The notes under the pieces are model-generated. The model saw only the letters and a program-made list of their open reading frames with translations. It was not told where the DNA came from and ran no database searches. 64,000 bases of DNA from Candidatus Dormiibacterota bacterium (GTDB taxonomy: Bacteria; Chloroflexota; Dormibacteria; CF-121), in assembly GCA_036732165.1 (NCBI GenBank), contig DAINCX010000003.1, positions 16,685-80,684 of the forward strand. Reading direction: 5' to 3'. Shown in pieces: positions 11,132-20,605 of the stretch (its first letter is position 1; every line of letters begins with the position of its first letter). The position numbers were made by a program, and so were the translations under genes.

Positions 11132-12316
11132 ATGATGACCGACCGAACGCGCTTCGTCGCCGACGAGATGGCGGACCTCCGCCGGCAGGGGTTGTTCCGG
11201 CCGCTGCGGGTCCTGAGCACGGCTCAGGATACCGAGGTGACGGTCGATGGCAAACCGGTGCTGAACCTTTCATCCAACAACTACCTGGGCTTGACCACGC
11301 ATCCACGCTTGAAGGAAGCCATGATCGCGGCGACCGAGCGTTGGGGGGTGGGTGCAGGCGCCGTTCGCACCATCGCGGGAACGATGGCGATCCACGAGGA
11401 GTTGGAAGCCAAGCTGGCCGAGTTCAAGCACACGGAGGCCGCCCTCGTCTTCCAGTCCGGGTTCACGGCGAACCTGGGGGTGCTGCAGGTCCTGGTCAAA
11501 GAGGGCGACGTGATCATCAGCGATGAGTTCAACCACGCGTCGATCATCGATGGGATCCGGCTTTCCAAGGCGGAGCGGTCGATCTTCAAACATCGCGACA
11601 TGGACGACCTCGAGCGCCACCTGGTCAAGCACCAGGACAAGCGGGTCAAGCTGGTCGTCACGGACGGCGTCTTCAGTATGGACGGCGACATCGCCCCGCT
11701 TCCGGCCATCGTGGAACGGGCGGAGCGATTCGGGGCGCTGATCATGGTCGACGATGCCCACGCCAGCGGCGTCCTGGGACGAAATGGTCGCGGGACCGTC
11801 AATCACTTCGGGCTGGACGGCCGGGTCGACCTCCAGATGGGCACCCTGTCCAAGGCGATCGGGGTGCTGGGCGGGTACGTGGCGTCCGCCCAATCCGTCC
11901 GCGAATTCCTGATCTACCGGGCCCGGCCCTTCCTGTTCAGTACCTCACATCCACCGGGTGTGGCCGCTGCCTGCATGGCCGCCCTTGATGTCCTGCTCGA
12001 GGAGCCGCAACGCATCGAGCGCCTCTGGAAGAACACCGGTCGGTTCAAGCAGGGGCTCAAGCGCCTCGGCTTCGAGACCGGACCCAGCGAGACGCCGATC
12101 ACGCCGGTGATCGTTGGCAAGGGGGCGGTTGCCATGGATCTCTCGGATCGTCTCTTCAAGCGGGGCGTCTTTGCCCAGGGGATCGGCTATCCCACCGTGC
12201 CCGAGGGCCGGGCCCGAATCCGCACGATCGTCACCAGTGCCCACACCGATGCGCAACTCGACCGGGCGCTGGAGGCCTTCGAGGCCGTGGGGCGCGAGCT
12301 TGGCGTCATCTCGTAA
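11132..12316 (+). CDS. kbl: glycine C-acetyltransferase (2-amino-3-ketobutyrate CoA ligase)
   Basis: [39 protein letters not shown] (PLP lysine). Confidence 0.9.
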   Translation: MMTDRTRFVADEMADLRRQGLFRPLRVLSTAQDTEVTVDGKPVLNLSSNNYLGLTTHPRLKEAMIAATERWGVGAGAVRTIAGTMAIHEELEAKLAEFKHTEAALVFQSGFTANLGVLQVLVKEGDVIISDEFNHASIIDGIRLSKAERSIFKHRDMDDLERHLVKHQDKRVKLVVTDGVFSMDGDIAPLPAIVERAERFGALIMVDDAHASGVLGRNGRGTVNHFGLDGRVDLQMGTLSKAIGVLGGYVASAQSVREFLIYRARPFLFSTSHPPGVAAACMAALDVLLEEPQRIERLWKNTGRFKQGLKRLGFETGPSETPITPVIVGKGAVAMDLSDRLFKRGVFAQGIGYPTVPEGRARIRTIVTSAHTDAQLDRALEAFEAVGRELGVIS

Positions 12317-12356
12317 CTTTCGAGGCAACCGGCACATATATGGATAGGTCAGCGGC

Positions 12357-12917
12357 GTGACCCAGCGTTCGGCGGCGGAGCTGCAGGACGAGGCGCGGTT
12401 GATCGAGGCGGCCAAGCGGGATCGGAAAGCCTTCACGGCGCTCTACGACCGCTACTTCGATCAGATTTTCTCGTACTGCTATTACCACTCCGGCCGGCGC
12501 GAGGAGGCGGAGGACCTGGCGAGCGAGACGTTCCAGCGAGCGCTGGAAGGGCTCGATGACTTTCAATGGCGAGGGATTCCATACTCAGCATGGCTTTACA
12601 AAGTCGCATCCAACCTGATGTCCAAGCAGCGGCGCCGGCCGGCCTGGATCGAGCTGCCGGATCCGCTCGCGGGGCCCAGCGAGGACAATCCCGAACGGCT
12701 CTGGTTGCGCCGGGAGCAGGGCGATGAGTTGCACAAGGCGGTGCGCGGCCTCCCCCTCGATCAGCGAGAAGCCGTGCTGCTCAAGTTCGAGGGACGGCTC
12801 AAGAACAAGGAGATTGGCGTGATCATGAGCCGGAGTGAAGGGGCGGTCAAGCTCTTGCTGTTCCGCGCGGTCCACGGTCTGCGCCGCCGCCTGGCGGAGC
12901 AGGAGAAGAAAGGATGA
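12357..12917 (+). CDS. ECF RNA polymerase sigma factor
   Basis: AEDLASETF, AWLYKVASN, EIGVIMSRSEGAVKLLLFRA. Confidence 0.9.
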   Translation: MTQRSAAELQDEARLIEAAKRDRKAFTALYDRYFDQIFSYCYYHSGRREEAEDLASETFQRALEGLDDFQWRGIPYSAWLYKVASNLMSKQRRRPAWIELPDPLAGPSEDNPERLWLRREQGDELHKAVRGLPLDQREAVLLKFEGRLKNKEIGVIMSRSEGAVKLLLFRAVHGLRRRLAEQEKKG

Positions 12918-13303
12918 ACCCGAAGTCCGACGACGTCGAGGCGCTGGCGCGCGCGATCGACCGCGTCGTCTTCGCGGACACGCGTGCGTCCGCGGCACCG
13001 GAGGCGCAGACGGCAGCCCTCGCCCTTGTCTCCTACCTCAATGACAGTTTTCCGCAGGTAGCGATCGCCACAGCTCGTCGCGATCGCCTGCAGCGACGGA
13101 TTGCACGCGCGCTCGCGATCCCGCGGGCGCCCTCGACGGCCAGCCTGGTCCGGCTGGAGGCTGAGATGAATCGCCGGCTCGGCAGCCTCGACCCGCGATG
13201 GGGTCCGGTCGTCGGGGGAACGGCCCTCGTCATCCTCGGGGTTCTGGGATTTGCCGTCTGGCGGCGTGGCACGGTCAGGCCGGCGGTGGCGACCCCCCGG
13301 TAA
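12914..13303 (+). CDS. hypothetical single-TM protein, candidate anti-sigma factor
   Basis: ATGA overlap with sigma; C-terminal TM (VVGGTALVILGVLGFAVW). Confidence 0.65.
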   Translation: MNPKSDDVEALARAIDRVVFADTRASAAPEAQTAALALVSYLNDSFPQVAIATARRDRLQRRIARALAIPRAPSTASLVRLEAEMNRRLGSLDPRWGPVVGGTALVILGVLGFAVWRRGTVRPAVATPR

Positions 13304-13313
13304 GCCGAAGTCC

Positions 13314-13469
13314 GTGGAAGAGGATCTGTCACCCAAGGAGCGGGCGCGCATCCGGGCCCGCGACCGGAAGCTGCGGCCGCCGAAGATGGTGGTGGACAAC
13401 GCCGGGGTCAAGCGGATCCAGATCGCCTTGCGCGATCGAAAGGGCAAGAAGAAAGCCGGCCCAGCCTGA
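13314..13469 (+). CDS. small basic hypothetical protein (51 aa)
   Basis: MEEDLSPKERARIRARDRKLRPPKMVVDNAGVKRIQIALRDRKGKKKAGPA; GC3-rich; fills the gap before galU. Confidence 0.55.
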   Translation: MEEDLSPKERARIRARDRKLRPPKMVVDNAGVKRIQIALRDRKGKKKAGPA

Positions 13470-13507
13470 CGCATGGCGTCCGGGGCAGGCGCTAAAGTGA
13501 TGTCCCA

Positions 13508-14386
13508 ATGAATCCGATCCGAAAAGCGGTCTTTCCTGCGGCCGGCCTGGGGACCCGATTCCTCCCGGCCACCAAGGCCCAGCCCAAGGAGATGCTGCCC
13601 GTCGTCGACAAACCGATCATCCAGTACGGCATCGAGGAGGCGGTCGCCTCCGGGATCGACCAGATCATCGTGGTCACCGGGCGCGACAAGCGGGCGATCG
13701 TCGATCACTTCGACATCTCCTTCGAGCTCGAGCACTACCTCAAGGACCGTGGGAAGACCAAGGAGCTGCAGGTGGTCCGGAAGATCTCCGACATGGTGGA
13801 CATCACCTACATCCATCAAAAGGAGCCACTCGGGCTCGGCCATGCGGTGCTGATGGCCAAGGACGTCGTCGGCAATGAACCGTTCGCCGTCTTCCTGGCC
13901 GATGACATCATTAAGTCGCACACCCCCGCGATGCGCCAGATGATGGATGTCTACGAGAAGCACGAGAGCTCCGTCCTCGCCCTCCAGCGAGTCGAACCCG
14001 ACCAGGTTTCCCGCTACGGCATCGTCAAGGTCTCAAGTACGGATGGCAAGGTCCACGACGTGGTCGACATGATTGAAAAACCCGAACCGGGCAAGGCACC
14101 CTCGAACCTGGCCATCCTGGGCCGGTATGTCCTCAAGCCCAGCATCTTCAGCATCCTGGAAACAACTCACGAGGGCGTCGGTGGCGAGATCCAGCTTACG
14201 GATGCCCTGCGCGCGATGGCCCAGCAGGAGCGGCTGCTCGGCCTCGAGTTCGAGGGAACCTACTTCGACGTCGGCACCGTCAGTGGCTTCCTCAAAACCT
14301 CGATCGCCTACGCGCTGGACCGCCCCGGCCTCCGGGACGAGCTCCTGGCCTACCTCCGAACCCTGGACGGCCTGGGCCAGCCCTAG
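13508..14386 (+). CDS. galU: UTP--glucose-1-phosphate uridylyltransferase
   Basis: KAVFPAAGLGTRFLPATKAQPKEMLP, QKEPLGLGHAV, EIQLTDA. Confidence 0.95.
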   Translation: MNPIRKAVFPAAGLGTRFLPATKAQPKEMLPVVDKPIIQYGIEEAVASGIDQIIVVTGRDKRAIVDHFDISFELEHYLKDRGKTKELQVVRKISDMVDITYIHQKEPLGLGHAVLMAKDVVGNEPFAVFLADDIIKSHTPAMRQMMDVYEKHESSVLALQRVEPDQVSRYGIVKVSSTDGKVHDVVDMIEKPEPGKAPSNLAILGRYVLKPSIFSILETTHEGVGGEIQLTDALRAMAQQERLLGLEFEGTYFDVGTVSGFLKTSIAYALDRPGLRDELLAYLRTLDGLGQP

Positions 14387-14451
14387 CCCGGCGCGCCTCC
14401 GGCGGCTTGGTGGAAGCCCCAAACCGGAGCTATAATGAGTCATCCGAATTT

Positions 14452-14739
14452 ATGTCTGTCGCAACACCAGTATTGGGCCCAAACATGGCAGTTTCAGGAA
14501 GGCGCAGATCCGACGAGGACCGGGTCGTTCGGTATTTGAATACCGAGGGCGACTTCGAGGTCGAGGTGTCGCACACCCTCAACAAGTGGTGCGTCACCGT
14601 CTTTCAGCTGCCCGCCAAACAGGTGGTAGCCCAGGACTTCTTTCCGGAGCGCTGGAAGGCGCTGGCACGGGCACAGGATTTCGTTCGAATCCTGAATACG
14701 CGGAATAAGCCGCAGCCGGAGACGGACGAAGAGCCCTGA
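14452..14739 (+). CDS. hypothetical protein
   Basis: Globular-looking ORF with strong codon bias; TATAAT at 14431-14436 upstream; alternative ATG at 14485. Confidence 0.7.
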   Translation: MSVATPVLGPNMAVSGRRRSDEDRVVRYLNTEGDFEVEVSHTLNKWCVTVFQLPAKQVVAQDFFPERWKALARAQDFVRILNTRNKPQPETDEEP

Positions 14740-15113
14740 TCCGTAACTCGTCGGGTGGGTTCTGGCGTCATGAATGGGGGGCGTTTGCCTTTGTGGCCAC
14801 CGTGATCCTGGGCATGCTCGTGGTCCCGGCCGCCCTGCTCCTGAACGGCGGCGGAAGCGCGAGCGGCAATGTGAACCAGACCATCCTCGGGCCGGCGCCG
14901 TCCTATTGCGCCAGCCCCGCGGCTTCGGTTTCTGGATCGCCATTGGCGACCGTCTCGCCGGCCCGCAGCCCCTCGGCGGCCGCGTCCACCACCGCCAGCC
15001 CGAGCGCGACCGCCATCGCCAGCAGCTCCGCCACGCCCTGCCCGTCACCGACGGCAAGCCCGAGCGTCTCCGCTAGCTCGAGTTCGACTCCCTCGACGTC
15101 GCCGAGCCATTAG
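14736..15113 (+). CDS. membrane-anchored Ser/Pro/Ala/Thr-rich protein; probable CTG start
   Basis: In-frame CTG overlaps upstream TGA (CTGA); TM then low-complexity S/P/A/T tail with two Cys; alternative GTG at 14793. Confidence 0.6.
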   Translation: MIRNSSGGFWRHEWGAFAFVATVILGMLVVPAALLLNGGGSASGNVNQTILGPAPSYCASPAASVSGSPLATVSPARSPSAAASTTASPSATAIASSSATPCPSPTASPSVSASSSSTPSTSPSH

Positions 15114-17175
15114 CGGGGCGTTCCGAGTTGGTCGGAGCCAGGGGAAGGTCCAGGACGAACGTGCTGCCGCGGTTGGGCACGCTCTGAACCAGCCGAAGAC
15201 TGCCATTCATCTGCTCGGCCAGGGTGCGGCTGATGAAGAGGCCGAGACCCGTCCCGGGAGGAAACCCAAGGCTGGGCCGGTCGAGGCGGACCAGCCGCTC
15301 GAAGACGCGTTCGTGCATCTCCTTCGGGATGCCAATGCCGCGGTCTTCGACGCTGAGCACGGCGCGACCGTCTCGGGCGGAAATTCGGACACACATCCAG
15401 GGCGCATCCTGCGAGTAGATCAAGGCGTTGTTGAGCAGGTTGTCCAGGATCCGGCCCAGCGATTCCGTATCACCCACCACGGTAACGGCCTCGGGGGGCA
15501 GGTCAAGCTCGACCGTCGCTTGCGCCAGATGGGCCGAGGGTTGAAGGCGCTCGACGGCCGCCCGCACGACACCCCGCAGGTCGAGCCGCTCGGCGCGAAT
15601 GCCAAGCTTGCCGGCCTCCAGGCGGGCGGCGACCAGGATTCCGCTGACCAGGTTGCCCAGCTCGGTCGTTTTGGCCTGCAGCATCGTCATCGTTTTCAAC
15701 CACGAGTCCGACGGTGGTCCCAGGCTGCCGTCCATGAGCATGGAGATGTACCCGGAGAGGACGGTCAGGGGCGTGCGCAGTTCGTGCGCTGCCATGTTGA
15801 GGAATAGGCTCTTGGCTCGGCTGGCCTCTTCAGCGCTGGCGTAGAGGCGGGCGTTGCGGACGGCCAGGACCGCGAGGCTGCCGATCTGCTGGACCATGGA
15901 GAGTTCTTCCTCCGTGAAGGCGACATCCCGCCGCCGGCTCATCGCCAGCACCCCAACGACCTCCCCGGCGAGCACCAGGGGAACCGAGACCACACGGCGC
16001 AGGTCGGAAAGGTTTCGGCGAAGCGTAGGGGGAAAGCCCGTGAGGTCGATGGTCGTGCCCTGGACCGGCTGCTTGGTCCTCACCGCCTGCTCCAGGATCG
16101 GCTGGCTGTCGATTGGCCAGCGACTGCCTCGGGCCACGTCGTCGCCACCGCCGGCCTCGTACGAATCCTCGATCACGATCTCGTCGCCGATCACCTGGCA
16201 GAGACTGCCGCGGTCGGCCCCGGCCGCGGCGACCGCATGGAGAATCACACGGCGGATGACCTCCTTCGGGTCCAGCGAGGAGGCCAGGTCACTCGCGACG
16301 TCGACGCCCACCCGGAGGCGCCGAGCCGTCGACCGGGCTCGGCTTTCGGACTCGTGCTCGGCCCGTACCGACTGCTCGTAGAGCGAGAGCTGGCCAAACA
16401 GCAACGCGGGAAACGGCAGAAAGGCGAGCAGGTGGAGCGCGTACCAGATGGGCGTGTAGCGGGCGCGATTGAAGATGAGCGCCACCGAGGCAAAGGCACA
16501 GAGCACGAGGGCGCCCAGGATGCCGGCGATCACCCGCTCGTCGCCGCGGTTGCCCTGGAGGTAGAGCAGCATCCCCGCCGCGGTTGGAACCAGGGCCACG
16601 GCGCCAAGGACCGAGGTGAGCGCCGGGAAGGAGTTGCCGACGACGCTCTGGACTGGGAGCACGGCGAGGAAGTAGGCCAGCACGAGGCCGACCGCACCCA
16701 GGGCAATGCCGACGAACCAGGCGCGTCGAATCGCCCGCATCGGGTTCCCGATGCGCCGGCCGCGGCGCGTCAGGGCGATCGCCAGCAACAGGGGCGTAGC
16801 GAGAGAGATGATCAAGAAGAGCCACGACGTCATGTCGTTGAAACCCGGCCACACGATCGATGGGAAGACGCCGGGGAAGGTGACGAGGTGCCCGAGCCAG
16901 AGGACGCTGGCCGTCGTGGCGATGACCACGATCGGCAACGAGCGCGTATCCTCGCGCAGCTGCGTGTCCAGGCTGCCCAGCACGACCGTGGTGGCCATTG
17001 AGAGGACCGCCGCGACGTCGCAGACTGGGACGAACCAGGGAAGGAGGACGCTGCCCCGTGACAGGATGCCGGGGATGAGCAGCGCGGCGCCGACCACCGC
17101 CGTCAGGATGACGCTATACGCCGCTTGCCGCCGGGACGCTTCCGCGGTCAGCCGCGGGGAAGGGTTAGCCGGCAA
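15073..17175 (-). CDS. sensor histidine kinase (MASE4-like TM domain, GAF, HisKA, HATPase_c)
   Basis: HLVTFPGVF, AAHELRTPL, NLLNNALIYS, EDRGIGI, GTGLGL; start TTG 17175 uncertain. Confidence 0.88.
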   Translation of the reverse strand: MPANPSPRLTAEASRRQAAYSVILTAVVGAALLIPGILSRGSVLLPWFVPVCDVAAVLSMATTVVLGSLDTQLREDTRSLPIVVIATTASVLWLGHLVTFPGVFPSIVWPGFNDMTSWLFLIISLATPLLLAIALTRRGRRIGNPMRAIRRAWFVGIALGAVGLVLAYFLAVLPVQSVVGNSFPALTSVLGAVALVPTAAGMLLYLQGNRGDERVIAGILGALVLCAFASVALIFNRARYTPIWYALHLLAFLPFPALLFGQLSLYEQSVRAEHESESRARSTARRLRVGVDVASDLASSLDPKEVIRRVILHAVAAAGADRGSLCQVIGDEIVIEDSYEAGGGDDVARGSRWPIDSQPILEQAVRTKQPVQGTTIDLTGFPPTLRRNLSDLRRVVSVPLVLAGEVVGVLAMSRRRDVAFTEEELSMVQQIGSLAVLAVRNARLYASAEEASRAKSLFLNMAAHELRTPLTVLSGYISMLMDGSLGPPSDSWLKTMTMLQAKTTELGNLVSGILVAARLEAGKLGIRAERLDLRGVVRAAVERLQPSAHLAQATVELDLPPEAVTVVGDTESLGRILDNLLNNALIYSQDAPWMCVRISARDGRAVLSVEDRGIGIPKEMHERVFERLVRLDRPSLGFPPGTGLGLFISRTLAEQMNGSLRLVQSVPNRGSTFVLDLPLAPTNSERPANGSATSRESNSS

Positions 17176-17200
17176 CCTGAGGCCCGAACTCCCGACGGCG

Positions 17201-17722
17201 TCAGCCGGCCTGGACGTCGTCGAGCAGGACGATCGAGCCGTTGCCCGCGATGATCTGGCTTCGGCGGAGTTCGAGTTCCGCGAGCACCGTGGAATCATGG
17301 AAGACGGCCAGCTCGATGTGATCTCGTAAGGCGAGCTCCCCGATCCGGACGCAATCTTTGAGGAACGGGAAGACCAGCGGCCGGACCAGGTTGACGATGT
17401 ACCGGTACTCCGCCTGCGGGTCGTCAACGACATCGGCCTGGCTCTCGTCGCGGAACGCCAGGATGAAGAGTTCGTCGTTCAGCTGGATCAGGTCCGTCCA
17501 GCTGTAGGCCTCACCTGGGGCGTCCGGAATCAGGGATCGCTTTTGCCGGAAGAGCTGGAGCCTCGACAGGAGCTGCCGCATCGGACGAGAGGGACCCTCG
17601 ATGATGAAGGGCACGTCCTTCAGGGGGGCCTGGGAGGGCTGAGCCGGATAGCGGGTGGAAAAGCCGACCTCGGCGCTTCCCGCGAACGGCGCCGGAACCT
17701 TGATCACGAGCTCTTGAAGCAC
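17201..17722 (-). CDS. hypothetical protein (173 aa)
   Basis: GTG 17722 with AGGAG SD; TATAAT at 17748-17753 on minus strand. Confidence 0.75.
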   Translation of the reverse strand: MLQELVIKVPAPFAGSAEVGFSTRYPAQPSQAPLKDVPFIIEGPSRPMRQLLSRLQLFRQKRSLIPDAPGEAYSWTDLIQLNDELFILAFRDESQADVVDDPQAEYRYIVNLVRPLVFPFLKDCVRIGELALRDHIELAVFHDSTVLAELELRRSQIIAGNGSIVLLDDVQAG

Positions 17723-17768
17723 TTCCCCAAATCTCCTTCTGCTCTTGATTATATCGCCGGTATAAGCA

Positions 17769-19514
17769 TTAACGGAAATGGGCGGCGGCTCTTGCTCGTT
17801 TTGCCTCGCAATGGGCCAACACGCCGTCGACGTCACGCGTATTCAAGACGAGATCAGCGGTGAGTCCGGCGCGGCGGGCGATGGCGCAGCCAAACCTGGC
17901 GGAATCGTACTCCACCGGGTAGTGCGCATCCGTATCGATCGCCAGGAGCGCGCCGGCCTCCCGGGCCCGGCGAGCCCAGGTATCGTTCAGGTCCAGGCGC
18001 ATCGGGCTGCTGTTGATCTCGAGCGCGGTCCCGGTTCGGACCGCTTCGGCGATCACAGCGTCGATGTCGAGGCTCGTCTCGCCGCGGCGGTCGAGGCGCC
18101 GGCTGGTGGGGTGGGCAAGGACGTCGACATGGGGGGATCGCATGGCGTTCAGGACGCGTTGCGTGATCACGTCTTTCGGTTGATCCAGGGCCGTGTGCAC
18201 GGAGGCCACCACCACCTCCAGGGATGCCAGGCAATCGTCTGGCAGGTCGAGGGTGCCGTCCGGCAGGATGTCCACCTCGGCCCCGTTGAGGACGCGGAAC
18301 CCCTGGAGCGCGCCATTGACACGCTCGATCTCGACCGCCCTCGCCTTGAAGCGCTCGGGCGTCAGGCCGCCCGCGATCGTCAGCGACTGCGTGTGGTCGG
18401 TCAGGGCGATATAGGTCCGACCCCGTTCCAGGGCGGCCCTGGCCATGACCACGATCTCGTTCCGGCCGTCACTCCAGTTGGAGTGGGTGTGGAGGTCCCC
18501 TCGCAGCGCCGCCTCGGTCACGAGCGCCGGCAGGGGACCGTGGGCGGCCGCCTCGATCTCGCCCCACCCTTCCCGAAGCTCGGGGGGAATCCACGCGCAG
18601 CCAACCGCCGCGTAGACGGATTCTTCGGTTTCTCCGGCGATCCGCCGGCCGTCCTCCGTGAACACGCCATATTCGTTGATCTTGAGCTTGCCCATCCGCT
18701 CCGACCGACCCCGGAGCTGGACGTTGTGCGCCTGGGCGCCGGTGAAGTACTGCCAGGCGGCGCCAAAGCTTTCCGGCTTGACGGCTCGAAGGTCGACCTG
18801 CATGCCCGACCGGACCCGGATGCTGGTCTTCGTGGCACCCTGCGCGATGACGTCCGCGACCTGGGGCAGCCGGGCAAAGGTCTGGCACATCGCCTCGGGG
18901 TCCGGCGTCGCCACCAGGATATCGAGGTCGCCAATCGTCTCGCGGGCGCGCCGCAAACTCCCGGCAATCTCGGCTCGGACGACGCCCGCGCCACCCCGCA
19001 AGGTGGTCAGGAAGGACTCAGCCAGTATCAGGGCCTCGGGGAAGTAGGTCCGTCCTTCCGTCCGCTTCAGCATGCCGATGCCCTTGAGGATGTTCTCCTC
19101 GGTTTTGGCCTTGATCCGCGGTAGCGTTTGCAGGCGGTGATCTCGGGCGGCCTCCTCGAGGGCGTCAAGGCTGACGATGCCCAGCGCGTCGTAGATGTCC
19201 TTGGCGGTCCGCGGACCGAGTCCCGGGACCCGCGTCAACTCGAGGAGCGCCGGCGGGACCTCGGTCTCCAGCCGGGACAGAAACTCCAGCTGGCCGGTGG
19301 TCACGAATTCGACGATCTTCTTCTCGATGGCTTCGCCGATCCCGGGGACGTCCGTGAGGCGGCCGTCGCGAATCAGTTCCTCGACCTCGGTGGTCAGGTT
19401 GTCCATCTGCCGCACCGCCTCGCGGTAGGCCCGGATCTTGAAGAAGTTCTCACCCTTGATCTCGAGAAGGTCAGCGACGCGGTTCAGCATGGCGGCGACC
19501 TCAGCGTTCGGCAT
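17769..19514 (-). CDS. polX: DNA polymerase X / PHP 3'-5' exonuclease
   Basis: NPFK-like NFFKIRAY, GSLRRARETIGDLD, YFTGAQAHN, GDLHTHSNWSDG, TDH, DTDAH. Confidence 0.93.
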   Translation of the reverse strand: MPNAEVAAMLNRVADLLEIKGENFFKIRAYREAVRQMDNLTTEVEELIRDGRLTDVPGIGEAIEKKIVEFVTTGQLEFLSRLETEVPPALLELTRVPGLGPRTAKDIYDALGIVSLDALEEAARDHRLQTLPRIKAKTEENILKGIGMLKRTEGRTYFPEALILAESFLTTLRGGAGVVRAEIAGSLRRARETIGDLDILVATPDPEAMCQTFARLPQVADVIAQGATKTSIRVRSGMQVDLRAVKPESFGAAWQYFTGAQAHNVQLRGRSERMGKLKINEYGVFTEDGRRIAGETEESVYAAVGCAWIPPELREGWGEIEAAAHGPLPALVTEAALRGDLHTHSNWSDGRNEIVVMARAALERGRTYIALTDHTQSLTIAGGLTPERFKARAVEIERVNGALQGFRVLNGAEVDILPDGTLDLPDDCLASLEVVVASVHTALDQPKDVITQRVLNAMRSPHVDVLAHPTSRRLDRRGETSLDIDAVIAEAVRTGTALEINSSPMRLDLNDTWARRAREAGALLAIDTDAHYPVEYDSARFGCAIARRAGLTADLVLNTRDVDGVLAHCEAKRARAAAHFR

Positions 19515-19535
19515 CAACTCGCAAAATAGCAGGCG

Positions 19536-20447
19536 ATGCTCCTTACTGGCGTGCGGGTGCTCGATTTGTCACGGCTGCTTCCGGGGGGCTTCTGCACCCG
19601 GGTGCTGGCCGACGCGGGGGCGGAGGTCCTGAAGGTCGAGCCCCCTGGCGGAGACCCGCTCCGGCAAATGCCGGGAGGCGAGGCCTTTTTCGAGGCGCTC
19701 CATCACGGCAAGCGGCTCATCACCCTTGACTGGATGTCCCAGGCTGGTCGGGAGCGCCTCTGGGAGGAGGTCAGGAAGGCCGAGGTGCTCGTCGAAGGCT
19801 TTCGCCCCGGCGTCATGGAACGGGCCGGGCTCGGGTACTCGGCGCTGGCCGCCGGCAACCCTCTGCTGATCTATTGCGCCATCACGGGATATGGGTCGAC
19901 CGGACCGCTCGCGGCGCGCGCCGGTCACGACCTGAACTATCTGGCGAGGAGCGGCGGCCTCTCCGTGATGCCCCGGTCGGCCGATGGAACGCCCATGATT
20001 CCCGGCATCCAGGTGGCGGACCATGCCGGCGGGCTTCATGCAGCCTTTTTGATCGCCGCGGCCCTTCACGCGCGCGGGCAAACGGGGCAAGGGAGTCGCC
20101 TGGAGGTCTCGATGACGGACGTGGTCCGGGGCTGGACCGATCTACCCCGAGCGGCCGCTCGGGCCCGGATTGCCGGTCCACCGCTGACTGGGACCGCGCC
20201 GTGCTACCACGTGTATCCGGTTAGCGACGGCTTTCTGAGCGTGGCTGCCATCGAGCCAAAATTCTGGCGCAGCTTTTGTCACGCGATCGGACGGGACGAC
20301 CTCGCAGCGCGGCAGTTTGACCCGTTGGCGATCCCGGAGGTCGAGGGCTTGCTGGCCGGTCGCACGCGGGCGGCCTGGATGGCCGCCTTCGAGGGGCGCG
20401 ATGTCTGCGTCGAGCCCTGCATCGAATTGGGGGAGGATCTGACCTAG
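19536..20447 (+). CDS. CaiB/BaiF family III CoA-transferase (short)
   Basis: VLDLSRLLPG, LVEGFRPGVMERAGLG, GHDLNYLA, QVADHAGG. Confidence 0.85.
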   Translation: MLLTGVRVLDLSRLLPGGFCTRVLADAGAEVLKVEPPGGDPLRQMPGGEAFFEALHHGKRLITLDWMSQAGRERLWEEVRKAEVLVEGFRPGVMERAGLGYSALAAGNPLLIYCAITGYGSTGPLAARAGHDLNYLARSGGLSVMPRSADGTPMIPGIQVADHAGGLHAAFLIAAALHARGQTGQGSRLEVSMTDVVRGWTDLPRAAARARIAGPPLTGTAPCYHVYPVSDGFLSVAAIEPKFWRSFCHAIGRDDLAARQFDPLAIPEVEGLLAGRTRAAWMAAFEGRDVCVEPCIELGEDLT

Positions 20448-20605
20448 CCGTTTCAAGCCGCCTGACGCGGATCAAGGCAGATGGGTCGCGCACCATGCCG
20501 GCGACATCTCCGGGGCTGACGGGGTCCAGGCTGCCTCTCCACCGGATCTCCCCGTCGCAAGCTAACACCGCCCCCACCCGTTAGACCCTTGAGTCCGGCC
20601 CCACC

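Noticed and set aside
14940-15110. Repetitive-looking GCC/AGC tract
   Set aside because: Encodes the Ser/Pro/Ala/Thr-rich protein tail; not a DNA repeat or CRISPR
17176-17433. N-terminal extension of the histidine kinase ORF
   Set aside because: Overlaps the 17201-17722 gene in another frame and reads as low-complexity junk
20460-20590. Possible c-di-AMP or c-di-GMP riboswitch before the GGDEF-EAL gene (CCCGTC..AGCTAAC, AGGCAG/CTGCCT stem)
   Set aside because: Only a fragmentary match; other conserved elements are missing; would need cmscan
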